Numbered from the stretch's first letter, positions 22,731 through 33,407 are shown. The stretch: 64,000 nucleotides of DNA from Pelagomonas calceolata (GCA_918797485.1 CAKKNE010000005.1:3410001-3474000); one strand, 5' to 3'. Translations and numbers: made by a program. The notes: generated by a model from the sequence alone, not told the origin.

Positions 22731-23861
22731 ATGATCCTCACAACTTGCGCCGCCTGCGCCGCCCCACTGGCCCACAACGCGCCGCGATGCGTACGCTGTC
22801 ACACAAGATACTGTAACAAAACTTGCCAGATGGACCACTGGCGCCGCGGCCACAAGCAGATTTGTAAACGGATTCACCGCGGCGGCAACGCTGAGCAATA
22901 CTACGCCGAAAAAAAATACAAGGAGGCCGTCGCGGTCGCGGTCGAGGCGTGCGCGGCCGACACAAAGGGCCAGACGTGCTACATCTGCACGCAGGCGCTC
23001 CACTGGAAGACAAAGGAGGGACTGGTGCGCATGTGCGCGTGCCGCGGGACGGCGGGATTTGCGCACGTGTCGTGCTTGGCGGAGCAGGCGAAGATTTTGC
23101 TCGCGGAGGCCGAGGAGAACAATTTGGATCTTAAGACGCAGAATGCGAGATGGCAGCGGTGGGATAGGTGCGGCCTGTGCGAGCAAATGTACCACGGCCC
23201 CGTTAAGTGCGCGCTCGGGTGGGCGTGTTGGAAGACGTACTTGGGGCGGCCGGAGGATGACGGGGTTCGGATAATGGCGATGAGCGTGCTTGGGAACGGG
23301 TTAGCCCTTGTAGGACAACACGAGGACGCATTGTCCGTGAGAGATGCCGAGTTGTCTGCGTCACGACGCTTTGGTATCACAGAACGACACATACTCATCG
23401 TCCAGGGCCATATTGCGATAACGTATGAGCAGCTTGGGCGGTTTGAAGACGCCCTGCGTATACTAAAAGACGTACACTGTGGCTGTTTGAAGCTCTACGG
23501 CGAAGAACATGAACGAACCCTCCGAGCGGCCAACAACTGCGCGAGGAACCTTGTACATGCACAGCGCCACGAAGAAGCCAAATCACGGGTGCGCACATTG
23601 ATGCCCGTGGCGCGACGCGTTCTAGGTGAGAGTCACTCAATCACTCTCACGATGAGGCTTATTTACGCGGGGGCGCTCTACCGAGACGACGACGCCACGC
23701 TTGAGCATATCCGCGAGGCTGTGAATGAGCTCGAAGACGCAGATCGGATCGCGCGGCGCGTGTTCGGCGGCGCGCACCCGCTCACGAAAGGGATGGAGGC
23801 CGAACTGCCACGTGCGCGAGCCGCGCTCCGCGCCCGCGAAACGCCGTCGACGAGTGCATAA
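22731..23861 (+). CDS. zf-MYND + RING-variant + TPR-like repeat protein (divergent paralog)
   Basis: MILTTCAACAAPLAHNAPRCVRC...; the N-terminal half is nearly identical to 21471-22613. Confidence 0.85.
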   Translation: MILTTCAACAAPLAHNAPRCVRCHTRYCNKTCQMDHWRRGHKQICKRIHRGGNAEQYYAEKKYKEAVAVAVEACAADTKGQTCYICTQALHWKTKEGLVRMCACRGTAGFAHVSCLAEQAKILLAEAEENNLDLKTQNARWQRWDRCGLCEQMYHGPVKCALGWACWKTYLGRPEDDGVRIMAMSVLGNGLALVGQHEDALSVRDAELSASRRFGITERHILIVQGHIAITYEQLGRFEDALRILKDVHCGCLKLYGEEHERTLRAANNCARNLVHAQRHEEAKSRVRTLMPVARRVLGESHSITLTMRLIYAGALYRDDDATLEHIREAVNELEDADRIARRVFGGAHPLTKGMEAELPRARAALRARETPSTSA

Positions 23862-23914
23862 AAGAACTACCGGGTGGCTAAGGCGGCCTACTCTAAGCAT
23901 TTCATCATCTCTAC

Positions 23915-25522
23915 TTATCCCTCATCGTCCACCGGCGCGACCTCCTCCCTCGCCCGCTCCAGCCGTAAAGACCGCGCGTCGTTCTCCGCCAACAACACGC
24001 CGACGGCCCCGGACAGCCCGAGCAGCGCCTTCTGCGAGGACGCCTCCGACGCGATGTTCTGGGAAATCTTCGCGAACAGTTCGTCCAAAGCCGGATGCGC
24101 GCCGAGCGCGTCGCCGTACAAGTCCGCCAATTGCGCCGCGACGCCCGTCAGCGACTCGGCGTAGCGCGGGTGCGCCACGTGCGCCGCGACGAACGCCAGC
24201 ACGGGCTCCAATCTTTTTTCATCACGTCGCTGCAACGCGTTCCGCCGGCCGCCGCGTCGCTCCAACTCGTCGAGCACGGAGACCACTATTATAGGATCCC
24301 TAGTCCGCAGGGCCTCATCCAACGCATCCCCGTACCGAAACTTCCGCAAGGCTTCGTCGTGCGGCGCCAGGCGCTTATGCTCCGTCTTGTTACTACCAAC
24401 AACAACGAGATTCTTGATCGAGGACCCCGGCGCGAAGCCCTGTCCTCTATTGAAGTGCCTAAACGTGCCTCCGGGCGGTTGCAAGGTCTTTTTCCGGTCC
24501 TTGTGTTTCTTCTCTTCCCGCGCGCGCACGTCCAATAACCCTCTAGCGGTACCCACCACTAGTACTCTATTCTCCGGCGCGACGGCGACACAGAGGCACT
24601 CGTGCGCGTAGCGAGCTGCCGCCCGCGCGACGGTCGTGTGGTCCCGTAATGAATGGACCTTGACCAGCCCATCCAACCCAGCAGTCACCAACCTATCTTC
24701 GTCAGCATCGACGCACAAAGCTCCAACACTTCTAGCATGGGCGTCCCTAAACCGGTGCACCGGCGCCCTATCATTTGAAGTGTCCCACACGCAAATATCA
24801 TTACCGCCCGCGGTCGCAAACAGTGAGGAACCGCATTGTTTGATAACTTCACACTGGCCCCGATGATTAAACTGCCTGACAGCAGACCCGCCGGTCCTCA
24901 AGTCCCATAATTTTGCCAAACCATCGTAGCCGCACGACGCCACGAGACCGTCAACTTCGCAGATCGACTTGACGACGTCCTCGTGAGCATCCTTTATTCT
25001 CTTCACGGGCTGGCCCGTCACCGAGTCCCACGCGACGATGGACTTGTCGTCGCTACAGGACACGACGTCGTTACTTCGCAAAAAGCAGGCGTCCCTACAT
25101 AACAACTCATGACCCTTGGTCAATCGTCGCAGCGTCGCGCCCGTCTGGGCGTCCACCACATGTACAGAACCCTTCCCGTCGCCGACGCAGAGCAGGCGGC
25201 CGTCCCGGCGCCAGGAGACGCTCTGCGCGACGTCCTTCAATTTGCCTACTGATCTACTTTTTGCCGACTCCACGGCTCGGCCCGCTCGTATCGATAGGAC
25301 TTTCACATCTAAACCAGCACACACGGCGAGTCTATGTGTCGGCGCGCCGTCGGCGCCTCTGACGAGGCCCGGGCCGAAGGCGCAGGCTACTACTGGACTT
25401 GCAAAGTCGACGGAGAAGGCCGCCTTGACTCTGCTCCAGTAGCGCGCTTCGCTCGCTTCTGCTTGTTGCAATGTCGTCGAGGGCGGCGCTGGCGTCAGGC
25501 GCGTGCGCTTGAAGGCGCTCAT
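23915..25522 (-). CDS. UTP15: U3 snoRNP WD40 protein UTP15 homolog
   Basis: WD40 repeats (WRRDGRLL, SCSDD, SCGYDG, TAGLDGLVKV) and a UTP15_C-like region LRKFRYGDALDEAL...VVSVLDELERRG. Confidence 0.85.
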   Translation of the reverse strand: MSAFKRTRLTPAPPSTTLQQAEASEARYWSRVKAAFSVDFASPVVACAFGPGLVRGADGAPTHRLAVCAGLDVKVLSIRAGRAVESAKSRSVGKLKDVAQSVSWRRDGRLLCVGDGKGSVHVVDAQTGATLRRLTKGHELLCRDACFLRSNDVVSCSDDKSIVAWDSVTGQPVKRIKDAHEDVVKSICEVDGLVASCGYDGLAKLWDLRTGGSAVRQFNHRGQCEVIKQCGSSLFATAGGNDICVWDTSNDRAPVHRFRDAHARSVGALCVDADEDRLVTAGLDGLVKVHSLRDHTTVARAAARYAHECLCVAVAPENRVLVVGTARGLLDVRAREEKKHKDRKKTLQPPGGTFRHFNRGQGFAPGSSIKNLVVVGSNKTEHKRLAPHDEALRKFRYGDALDEALRTRDPIIVVSVLDELERRGGRRNALQRRDEKRLEPVLAFVAAHVAHPRYAESLTGVAAQLADLYGDALGAHPALDELFAKISQNIASEASSQKALLGLSGAVGVLLAENDARSLRLERAREEVAPVDDEG

Positions 25523-25698
25523 CGCTCTCTCCTGCAGCACAGTGCAGCGGCTGCAGAGCTGCTGCAGTTGCTTTTTGGCGTCTCGCTCGTTACAGTTTCG
25601 CTGCCGCAGTGGTTCGCAGGGCTCGGAATCGCTGTCGATATGACCAGCGTACGCTTATGCACGTAGCACACCGCGTTTTTGCTCGCAGGCGATGAGTG

Positions 25699-25720
25699 CT
25701 AGTGTCTTACAGGACGCTAG
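25699..25720 (+). promoter_or_regulatory. Upstream element copy 2 (ctagtgtcttacaggacgctag)
   Basis: Between the divergent UTP15 and fibrillin starts. Confidence 0.7.
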
Positions 25721-25833
25721 ATAATCAGCACCGTCATCACTTTTTCGCGCCTCGTGCTCGTCGCTGTGGGCTCTCATACGTCACTGCTTGCAGAGAGTTA
25801 TCATATCTGCACTGCAGAGAGGTACCGTACGCA

Positions 25834-26715
25834 ATGGCGAAGCTCCTTTTGCTCTCAACCACGTGCTATGCCTTGGTCCCGCCGCTGCAGCCCATGCAGA
25901 CGAAACTGCGTGCAGCGACACTCGAAGAAGTAGAAAGAATCCCGACGCCGGCCTTCGGTAAAACCTTCGGTGACGATATTAGCAAGTTAAAGGCTGCCAT
26001 CTTCCACTACGGCGCCACTCTCGACCGCGGGCAAGGATTTAACCCGACGACGGGCGAGCAGTACAAGGATCGGATGGACAGAGCGGTGGCCGCGGTCGAG
26101 GCGCTGTGTGAGAAGGGCGGCGTGCCGGACGTATCTCCAGAAAAGCTCCGAGGCCGGTGGGAGCTCGTCTTTTCGAGCGTGCCCCACGGCATCTTCCGCA
26201 GCAGCCCGTTCTTCGAGGCCATCTACGACTCGTACGCGAACGTGGGCAAGCCTGATAAAGCGGAGCTGTTCTTCAAGCTCCACGAATTGCAGACTATGAG
26301 CTGGGGCGCGTCGAAGATCGGACGGGTGGCGCAGACGATCGACCCCGAGAACAATATGTTATACAGCGAGTTCGACACGCAGATCTTCTCGCTGACCGCC
26401 ATCCCGATCATCGGCTTCTGGAAGCTCCTGCCGACCTTTGGGGGCTGCGTCGTCACCGCTTCCAAAATGAACATCAATGATAACGCGTTGAACCTCGAGG
26501 TCGAATACACGACCGCGAAGCCCGTCGAGGGCTTGAGCGGGCTCGGAGAATGGATCTGGGATGTGAAAGTGCCAGTAGGCGCCGTCTGGAAGCTCCTGCC
26601 CTGGAATCGAGGCCTGCCGCCGACGTGCGCCGTGGAGCAGGTGTACCTCGACGACGACGTGCGCATCGCCAAGGACACGTCCGGGCAGTACTTTGTGTAT
26701 GCTAGACCCGTATAA
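25834..26715 (+). CDS. Plastid lipid-associated protein / fibrillin (PAP_fibrillin)
   Basis: Bipartite-like N-terminus; DRGQ, LRGRWELVFSS, VAQTID, YLDDDVRIAK...FVYAR. Confidence 0.8.
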   Translation: MAKLLLLSTTCYALVPPLQPMQTKLRAATLEEVERIPTPAFGKTFGDDISKLKAAIFHYGATLDRGQGFNPTTGEQYKDRMDRAVAAVEALCEKGGVPDVSPEKLRGRWELVFSSVPHGIFRSSPFFEAIYDSYANVGKPDKAELFFKLHELQTMSWGASKIGRVAQTIDPENNMLYSEFDTQIFSLTAIPIIGFWKLLPTFGGCVVTASKMNINDNALNLEVEYTTAKPVEGLSGLGEWIWDVKVPVGAVWKLLPWNRGLPPTCAVEQVYLDDDVRIAKDTSGQYFVYARPV

Positions 26716-26722
26716 CAACACA

Positions 26723-28138
26723 TTACCTAAGGATAGCGTCCGCAACTTTCAGAGCCTGGACGGCCGTGCGGACGTCGTGGACGCGGACGACGTCGGCGTG
26801 CGGGACGCAGGCGACGCAGGCGCCGGCCGTCGCCGCGTCCCTTTTTGAAGCGTCGGCCTCGCCCGTGAGGTCGCCGAGGAACCGTTTCCTAGATGCTCCA
26901 ATCAGTAGAGGGAGACCGCCCAAGTTTCGCTTGAATTGAGCCAAATCCCTCAACAGAGCCACGTTGTGTTCCGTATTTTTCGCGAAGCCGATCCCGGGGT
27001 CGACGACGACGCGCCACGGCGCAATGCCTGCTGCAAATGCCGCATTAACACGCTCTTGCAGTTCAACAGAAACCTCGGCCACGACGTCCTCGTACGACGC
27101 TAAACTATTCATCGTGCCCGGCTCGCCGCGCATGTGCATCAGTACCACACCTCTTTGCTGCTCATCGTCCGCGAGCGTTTGCAACATGTCCGCGTCGTAG
27201 GCCCCTCCACTTACATCATTCGTACATGCGGCTCCCGCATCCCTAGCAGCCAACGCGACTTCTGATCGACGGGTGTCGACAGAAATAGGCACATCGAACG
27301 TAGTGGAGAGGCGCTCCACGAGCGGCAGGACGCGGTCCAGTTCCTCATTTAAGGACGGTGGACTCGAACCGGGCCGCGTCGACTCGCCGCCCACGTCCAG
27401 GTAATCGACACCATGCGTCACCATGGCCTCGGCACTTCTGAGAGCCGCATCGACGTCAGCATTCACACCACCATCACTAAACGAATCCGGAGTGCAGTTC
27501 AGGACGCCCATGACACCCGTCTTGTTGCCCGTCTCTACCATAGCGCCCAGCGACGACCACACGCGTCGCTCCTCGCCGTCGACGTCGTTACCCAAATAGT
27601 CTTCACCAAACCTTCGTCTGAGTGCGGCATCGACCATACCAAACTCTCCCGCAGCAATCTGGGCTCGACACGCCCGCAGCGGCCGCAAGACAAAGTCCCT
27701 CTCGTGAATGCGCGGGTGCGGCAGCGTCAATGCATCTGCTTCTACACGTTCGTCTCCCAGATAAAGCAGGTCCAGGTCGACCTCCCGCGGGCCGTTCCGA
27801 TAGCGCACCTGGCGTCCTAAATCGCGCTCCGCCGCCTTGAGCTTCGCGAGCGCTTGCAACGGAGGCAGCGTCGTTTCCACCGCGACGACGGCGTTCAGGA
27901 AGGACGGCTGGTCCTCCACATAAGCGGCCGCCGTTTCGTAGAGCGGGCTCGTCGCGACGACTCTCCCGAGCGTCTCTTGTACGCGCCGCCACGCCGCGCA
28001 CAGTTGTTGTTGTCGGTTGCCGACGTTGCTGCCGAGGGCGACGAAGGCGAGGCGTTGCTTTGTCTTTGTGCTGAGCGCTCTGACTGCGCCGCTCTTTGTG
28101 CTTCTGCTGAGCGCTCTTGCGCCGCGGGCGAGCATCAT
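26723..28138 (-). CDS. Bifunctional HPPK-dihydropteroate synthase (folate biosynthesis), mitochondrial-like presequence
   Basis: ALGSNVG, FLNAV, GPREVDLDLL, PHPRIHERDFVLRPL (FolK); LNCTPDSFSDGG, GGESTRPG, DPGIGFAK, SRKRFLG, VRVHDV (FolP). Confidence 0.95.
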   Translation of the reverse strand: MMLARGARALSRSTKSGAVRALSTKTKQRLAFVALGSNVGNRQQQLCAAWRRVQETLGRVVATSPLYETAAAYVEDQPSFLNAVVAVETTLPPLQALAKLKAAERDLGRQVRYRNGPREVDLDLLYLGDERVEADALTLPHPRIHERDFVLRPLRACRAQIAAGEFGMVDAALRRRFGEDYLGNDVDGEERRVWSSLGAMVETGNKTGVMGVLNCTPDSFSDGGVNADVDAALRSAEAMVTHGVDYLDVGGESTRPGSSPPSLNEELDRVLPLVERLSTTFDVPISVDTRRSEVALAARDAGAACTNDVSGGAYDADMLQTLADDEQQRGVVLMHMRGEPGTMNSLASYEDVVAEVSVELQERVNAAFAAGIAPWRVVVDPGIGFAKNTEHNVALLRDLAQFKRNLGGLPLLIGASRKRFLGDLTGEADASKRDAATAGACVACVPHADVVRVHDVRTAVQALKVADAILR

Positions 28139-28336
28139 CGTGAGCTGGTCGCACGCCGCGGTAGAGAGCACAGCTGTGTTGCAGTCTTGAGTGTTGAGAG
28201 AGCACAGCTCTTGTATGCAATTTTCGAGTTGACGGGAGTTCAGTAACGCTGTTGAATAATTAATGCAGCGTCGTCGGCGTGCGTAACGTGCAAAATAGCC
28301 AGCGCTAGGCCCCGCATTGCACCAGCTGGCAGCTTG

Positions 28337-28358
28337 CTAGTGTCTTATTGTACGCTAG
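28337..28358 (+). promoter_or_regulatory. Upstream element copy 3 (ctagtgtcttattgtacgctag)
   Basis: Between the divergent HPPK-DHPS gene and the gene at 28575. Confidence 0.65.
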
Positions 28359-28574
28359 CTTTTTGTGTCCTGCTCTTGCGGCTATCTTCGCACTCGCGCC
28401 ACAACAGCAGCTTACGAGCGAGCTTCAGGATCCCTGTATGCTGCTCGCACCGTGGCGCACTATCTTTGAGCTGTGCGAGAGCTGTCCGACTTACACCAGC
28501 TGAGCAGATCATCCAGCCAGCCACGCCAGCCGCCGCGTTGGGGCGAATAGAAACCAGACGAGCCGCTACGCACG

Positions 28575-30011
28575 ATGCGACGCCCGGCCGCACGGCTCCT
28601 GATCACCGCCCTCACAGCGCGCGCGCTCGAGCCGACGCAGCTCTGGCCGACGACGCAGACGTGTGTATCATGTAGAGCGCTGGGCATGGGCGACTACGAC
28701 GGTGGCGCTGCTATTTTTATGGCACCCGCAGCAACGGGAGGAACAAAAGTAGAAGCCCTGCCCGTGCCCGTCGGTGCCGACGCCGCGATCGCGATGGAGA
28801 AAGCGTTAAAAGGCCAAGAGTATGGGAAAGTGCAAACATTGACCGTAGCCCAAGGCTTGGTGAATAGAGACGGCGGCGTCTTCGACAATTTACCTTATGC
28901 CATGGGCAAATCGAAGTTCGCCAAAAAAGACCTCTACGATCGAATTAGGGGCAAGGACTGGCCCGGGCGGAGCCTGAAGCCCCAGAATGTGTTTTCATCA
29001 TTAAAGGAGCGGTTCGGGAAGAAGGCGAAGGTAAGGCTTGAGGATGCTGAAAGGGATGAGGATCAGGCGCCTTATCGGGGCGCGTACGGCTTCCCTCCTG
29101 TGTATGAGGATGCGCAATCCCGCATGTTTGCGGGCTACGTGTCTCCTTATTCTTTGTTTTTGGAGGCCATCGGAGATATGCTGGACTGCGACGTGACGAG
29201 TGCACTGCTCGAGGACGCGTGTCCGCTCGACGACCGGACGGATCTAGCGGGTGCCTTACGGCTGCAGCCTCGCAACGGCTCCGCTCCACTAATCGTCGAG
29301 TGCTTCGCCGACGAGGCGGTGGGACTAGCATTGGCGGCTAATGTAGATGTTTTGACGGAGCGTTCTTTGCTCGAGGTTTTTTCAAGGACGGCTCGCTTCG
29401 GTCTGGAGCGAAGGACGAGCGTCGCTCCCTTGAAGATGCGGTTGCAAGTTGTCGATAATTTGGAGCCTCGTATCGCGGAGGCGGTGGAAGCTGACGCGCC
29501 GGAGACGATTAAGTCAGCAGACGAGTACGACGCGCTCGGCACGCAGGGCAAGCTGAGGGTGCTGGTCGAGGCCGAGGAATTTAAGAGGCGCAAGTTGCGA
29601 TTACCGCGGCCGCGCGTCATAAATGCTGCGGGGAACGACGCGCCGGTGGACGAGCTGCTGATTCCCTTACTGGACGAGGCGGTGCGCCGGGACCTCGCCG
29701 TCGAGGCGGCTTTGAAACGCGGCGACATCGCTGGGGCGGCCGCTTTGATGGCGGGGAAGTCCAAAAGACACGCCGCCCGGGACCGCGCTGCGCAGGCGTC
29801 GGCGGACGGGGATCTGGCGGGCGAGCTCCGGGCGCGCGACGACGAGGCGGTATACTCGGCGATCCGCGCGGACATCACGCAGGACGAGGGTAGTTATTCT
29901 CGTTTCTTGGACAAGGACGAGTGGTACGAGCGGCAGCGACGGCGGACGAACGGGGCGTACGACCCGGCGGACGATCCGCTGCTGAACCCGCCGTGGAAGA
30001 GTAAATCTTAG
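28575..30011 (+). CDS. Hypothetical protein with signal-peptide-like N-terminus (possibly plastid)
   Basis: 478-aa ORF with coding-like composition; no domain recognised. Confidence 0.7.
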   Translation: MRRPAARLLITALTARALEPTQLWPTTQTCVSCRALGMGDYDGGAAIFMAPAATGGTKVEALPVPVGADAAIAMEKALKGQEYGKVQTLTVAQGLVNRDGGVFDNLPYAMGKSKFAKKDLYDRIRGKDWPGRSLKPQNVFSSLKERFGKKAKVRLEDAERDEDQAPYRGAYGFPPVYEDAQSRMFAGYVSPYSLFLEAIGDMLDCDVTSALLEDACPLDDRTDLAGALRLQPRNGSAPLIVECFADEAVGLALAANVDVLTERSLLEVFSRTARFGLERRTSVAPLKMRLQVVDNLEPRIAEAVEADAPETIKSADEYDALGTQGKLRVLVEAEEFKRRKLRLPRPRVINAAGNDAPVDELLIPLLDEAVRRDLAVEAALKRGDIAGAAALMAGKSKRHAARDRAAQASADGDLAGELRARDDEAVYSAIRADITQDEGSYSRFLDKDEWYERQRRRTNGAYDPADDPLLNPPWKSKS

Positions 30012-30719
30012 TAGAATCCTACGTGAAACGCGAACATGACCATGTGGGAGATGGCGTCGACGGGGAGGCGCGGGAAGGCCTTGGCGAACGTCGTCGTCAG
30101 GCGCTTGCGATGGGCCTGCTCGTACTTCTTCCACCCGCCCGCGGCGTCGACGCCAAGGAGATATGTGAGGCATGGCCCAAGGGGGAGGAGCTGCCGCAAC
30201 CGACTTGTATCGAGTCTCGCGCCGGCGCGTAAAAGGATCGGGACAATGCGTGGACTGTTTCTAGCGGCAAAGAGGAGCGGCGTATGATTTGTCGACGGGT
30301 AAACTGCCTCCAAATTTGCACCCGCCTTGATTAACAAAATTGCGCAGGGTGCCTTGTCTTGGCACACGGCGGCCATGAGTGCCGTCCAGCCCGTCTCGTT
30401 GGCATGGTTGGGGTCCGCGCCAGCCCTAAGTAACGCATTGACAATTGAAGGGTCGCCTCGAGTCGTCGCGTAAGTCAAAGGTGTATTATTGATATTTATC
30501 TCGATGCGGTTCGGCGACGCCCCTGCGTCGAGGAGCGCCTGAATGCATTGGCGGCGCGTTTCAGGTGAAGCGCTCGTACCCCCCTCGGTGCACAACATGG
30601 TAAGCGCCGTCCTCTGACCATGAAATTGTGTAGTGTCGGGATCGGCGCCGGCCGCGAGCTCGCGCCGCAGGAGCGCCAGGTCTCCCACTTGAACGGCGGC
30701 ATGGATCGGGGGAATACAT
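30008..30719 (-). CDS. Ankyrin-repeat protein, apparent +1 frameshift right after the ATG (possible pseudogene or sequence error)
   Basis: Ankyrin repeats (TALTML, TPLTYA, GWTALMAA, HTPLLFAA). The ATG at 30719 is out of frame by one base in the G5 run at 30708-30712. Confidence 0.7.
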
Positions 30720-30951
30720 GTTGCTTTGCTGCTGGCTCCCAAACACAAGACAACCCGCTCGCGCTTTGAGTGCAAATAACTGTCGTAGAAATTGCGACAA
30801 TACGTCAGTATGCGACGCCACCACGTACTTCAACTCTATTTGTAGTGCATATGTTAGGGTAACTTGTTTGGTACACTGGTACTTGGGCATCAAAACGGGT
30901 TTTCAAAATCTAGAGAAAGAGAGCATACATTACGCGCGTTCTACTACTCAC

Positions 30952-31704
30952 TCAGTAGAATCCTACGTGAAACGCGAAGTCGACCATGTGGGAGATCGCG
31001 TCGACGGGGAGGCGCGGGAAGCCCTTGGCGAACGTCGTCGTCAGGCGCTTGCGATGGGCCTGCTCGTATTTCTTCCAGCCTCCCGCATACTCGACTTTCT
31101 GGAGATAGAACGGCGTCCTATCAAATTGTTCCGCCATCAGATCGAGATCGAGTCGCGCGCCGCCCCGCAAAAGGATCGGGCACATACGTTCTTGACGATA
31201 GTGTACGGCCGCCAAGAGCGGCGTATGGCCAGTCCAAACTGCCTCCAGATCAGCACCCGCCTTAACTAGCGCTGTTGCGCAGGAAACCGAACCCACGAAT
31301 ACGGCTGCGTGGATTGCCGACCAGCCCGTTAATGGGTTGGCATACTTGGGGTCAGCGCCCGCCCTCAGTAACCTATTGACAATTGCAGTATTGCCACGAG
31401 CTGCCGCGAGAGTCAGTGGTGCGTACAAATCAAGTACGTTCGGCGAGGCCCCCGCGTCGAGGAGCACCTCGATGCATTGGAGGCGCACTTCGTTTGAAGC
31501 CGTGGTTTGGCTGGTAATAGTAAGCGGAGAACCGGTATCGATGATGATTCGAAGCGCCGCCGCTAACTCCCCAGGGCTTCGTTGGTCCGGATCGACTGTC
31601 ACATCGGTCGCGAGTGCTCGCCGCAGGGCCGCAAGGTCAGTTGCCAGGGCGGCGCGAAGGAGTGCCGACTCGAGCGAATAGCTCTCTGAGTCCGAGTCCG
31701 ACAT
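30952..31704 (-). CDS. Ankyrin-repeat protein (tandem paralog)
   Basis: APLTLAAARGN, GWSAIHAA, HTPLLAAV; C-terminus near-identical to the neighbour. Confidence 0.85.
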   Translation of the reverse strand: MSDSDSESYSLESALLRAALATDLAALRRALATDVTVDPDQRSPGELAAALRIIIDTGSPLTITSQTTASNEVRLQCIEVLLDAGASPNVLDLYAPLTLAAARGNTAIVNRLLRAGADPKYANPLTGWSAIHAAVFVGSVSCATALVKAGADLEAVWTGHTPLLAAVHYRQERMCPILLRGGARLDLDLMAEQFDRTPFYLQKVEYAGGWKKYEQAHRKRLTTTFAKGFPRLPVDAISHMVDFAFHVGFY

Positions 31705-32039
31705 AGCCCAAGGCGCAAATACTTGTGTAAAGTTAGGAGCAACCAAGAGCGCTTGGCAGGTAAGCGCAGGTCCGCTGCTGGCCAAAGCTGTGTAGTTTTA
31801 TATCAAAGTATTTGATGCGAACGCCCGCGGCAATCCTATGTGGCGTATGGCCGTCGCAGCGGCGGACCGCGCGACTGTCAAAACGGGTTTTCCACGCCAC
31901 ACACACAGACGACTCAGACGCCTTTAGAGGCTTGGTTCTAGTGCGTCCATCCCCCCGGGACTAGGCAGCGTCCCCAAAACCGAGTAAGCTTCTACTACTA
32001 GACGACTCAGAATAAGCTATTTTTACACAAAAAGGACCA

Positions 32040-33206
32040 CTACCGCACCCGCTCCAGGATGCGCTCCTCCCCCACCGCCCGCCGCCGCCGCTCCGCGACC
32101 GCGCGCGCCGCCTCGCGCGCCAGCTCGTGGCGCTTCTCCGTCCGCTTCGCGCGCGCTTTATCCGCTTCGGCAAACACATCAGCCGCCACGGCGTTCGCCG
32201 CCGCCTCGAACTCCTCCAGCGTGATCGTCGCGTCGTCCGCCAGGTCCAAGCCTCGGACGATGTTTTTCACCACACCGGCCACCACCACATCGTCCCCGAG
32301 CAGCCGCTTGATGCCCGCCTCGATCTCCTTGACACGCAAGATTCTATCACCATCTTCATCTAGAGCATCGAACAGTGCTCTTGTCAATTGACCGCCCGGC
32401 TGCACCGCGCTTCGTAATCTTTCTAGGTTCCGCGAGGACAGTAACCAGCGAGCGTGCGAGTCCGGCGCGTTCTCCGCTCCTAATTTATGCGACGCGAGCT
32501 GCTGCGTCTCCTCATCAAATCGATACAGGATAGGTACCGAGTTAGGAACGTGCAGCTGCGGCACCTCGTCGTCGGGCACACCGTCGACGTGCGCCATGAG
32601 CGCTCTCAACGTATTGGAATGCGCAGCAATCAACACGCACTGCTTCGGTTTCTCGAACAACCTTGGTTTTATCGTGTCTTCGAAGCACTGCAAGACGCGA
32701 GCCTGGCAGTCCGCTAAAGATTCTGTTCTCGGCGCCGGGTCGGGTAGGTAGTGGGGATGCGACTCGTCTAACGGCGGCGGCTTGCCGTGCATGGACCTTC
32801 TCCACTTCTTGATCTCCTCCTCGCCAAAGTACGATTGCAAAGCCGCGTCGCCCTTGCAGATGCCCTGCACGCTCCCGTAATGTCTCTCATTTAAGCGCCA
32901 GTCCCGCTCTATCTCCACATTCGTCTTAATGGCCTCCAAACAAATCTCCGCCGTCTCCCAGGCCCTCTCTAACTCGGACGTAAAACAAGCTGAGAGCTTC
33001 TTGTCGTAGCCTTTGGATCTGAGTAACTCGCCCGCTTCTCTAGCTTGTGAGCGCCCTCTACTCGTCAGCGCGACGTCGCACCAGCCCGTGAACGTGGCCG
33101 TCGCGCCGTTCCAGACGGACTGGCCGTGGCGCAGCAAGATGAGGGTGGCGACTTGGCGTTCCTGTCGCGGCGGCGTCCGCGCCGGTCGGAGCAGTGCGCG
33201 CAGCAT
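32040..33206 (-). CDS. Cofactor-dependent phosphoglycerate mutase-like protein with C-terminal EF-hand(s), mitochondrial-like presequence
   Basis: LILLRHGQSVWN, FTGWCDVALT, WRLNERHYG, TESLAD, AAHSNTLRAL; EF-hand FDALDEDGDRILRVKEI. Confidence 0.88.
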   Translation of the reverse strand: MLRALLRPARTPPRQERQVATLILLRHGQSVWNGATATFTGWCDVALTSRGRSQAREAGELLRSKGYDKKLSACFTSELERAWETAEICLEAIKTNVEIERDWRLNERHYGSVQGICKGDAALQSYFGEEEIKKWRRSMHGKPPPLDESHPHYLPDPAPRTESLADCQARVLQCFEDTIKPRLFEKPKQCVLIAAHSNTLRALMAHVDGVPDDEVPQLHVPNSVPILYRFDEETQQLASHKLGAENAPDSHARWLLSSRNLERLRSAVQPGGQLTRALFDALDEDGDRILRVKEIEAGIKRLLGDDVVVAGVVKNIVRGLDLADDATITLEEFEAAANAVAADVFAEADKARAKRTEKRHELAREAARAVAERRRRAVGEERILERVR

Positions 33207-33407
33207 GTTCTATTGACGTCTCGCGCGACACGAGGCTGTGGAATCTGCTTGCAGAGCACCTGGCTTGTGAGCTGTGAGCTCGCAGCTGGCGCGGCGTCGG
33301 TCCAGCGGTGCGTTGGCGTCCGTGTGACTACAGTTAGCCGTGAAACTGACCTTGGGACGCTCTAAAATACGAGACCAGCTGCAAGAAAGCCGAATTATAA
33401 ATTGGAG

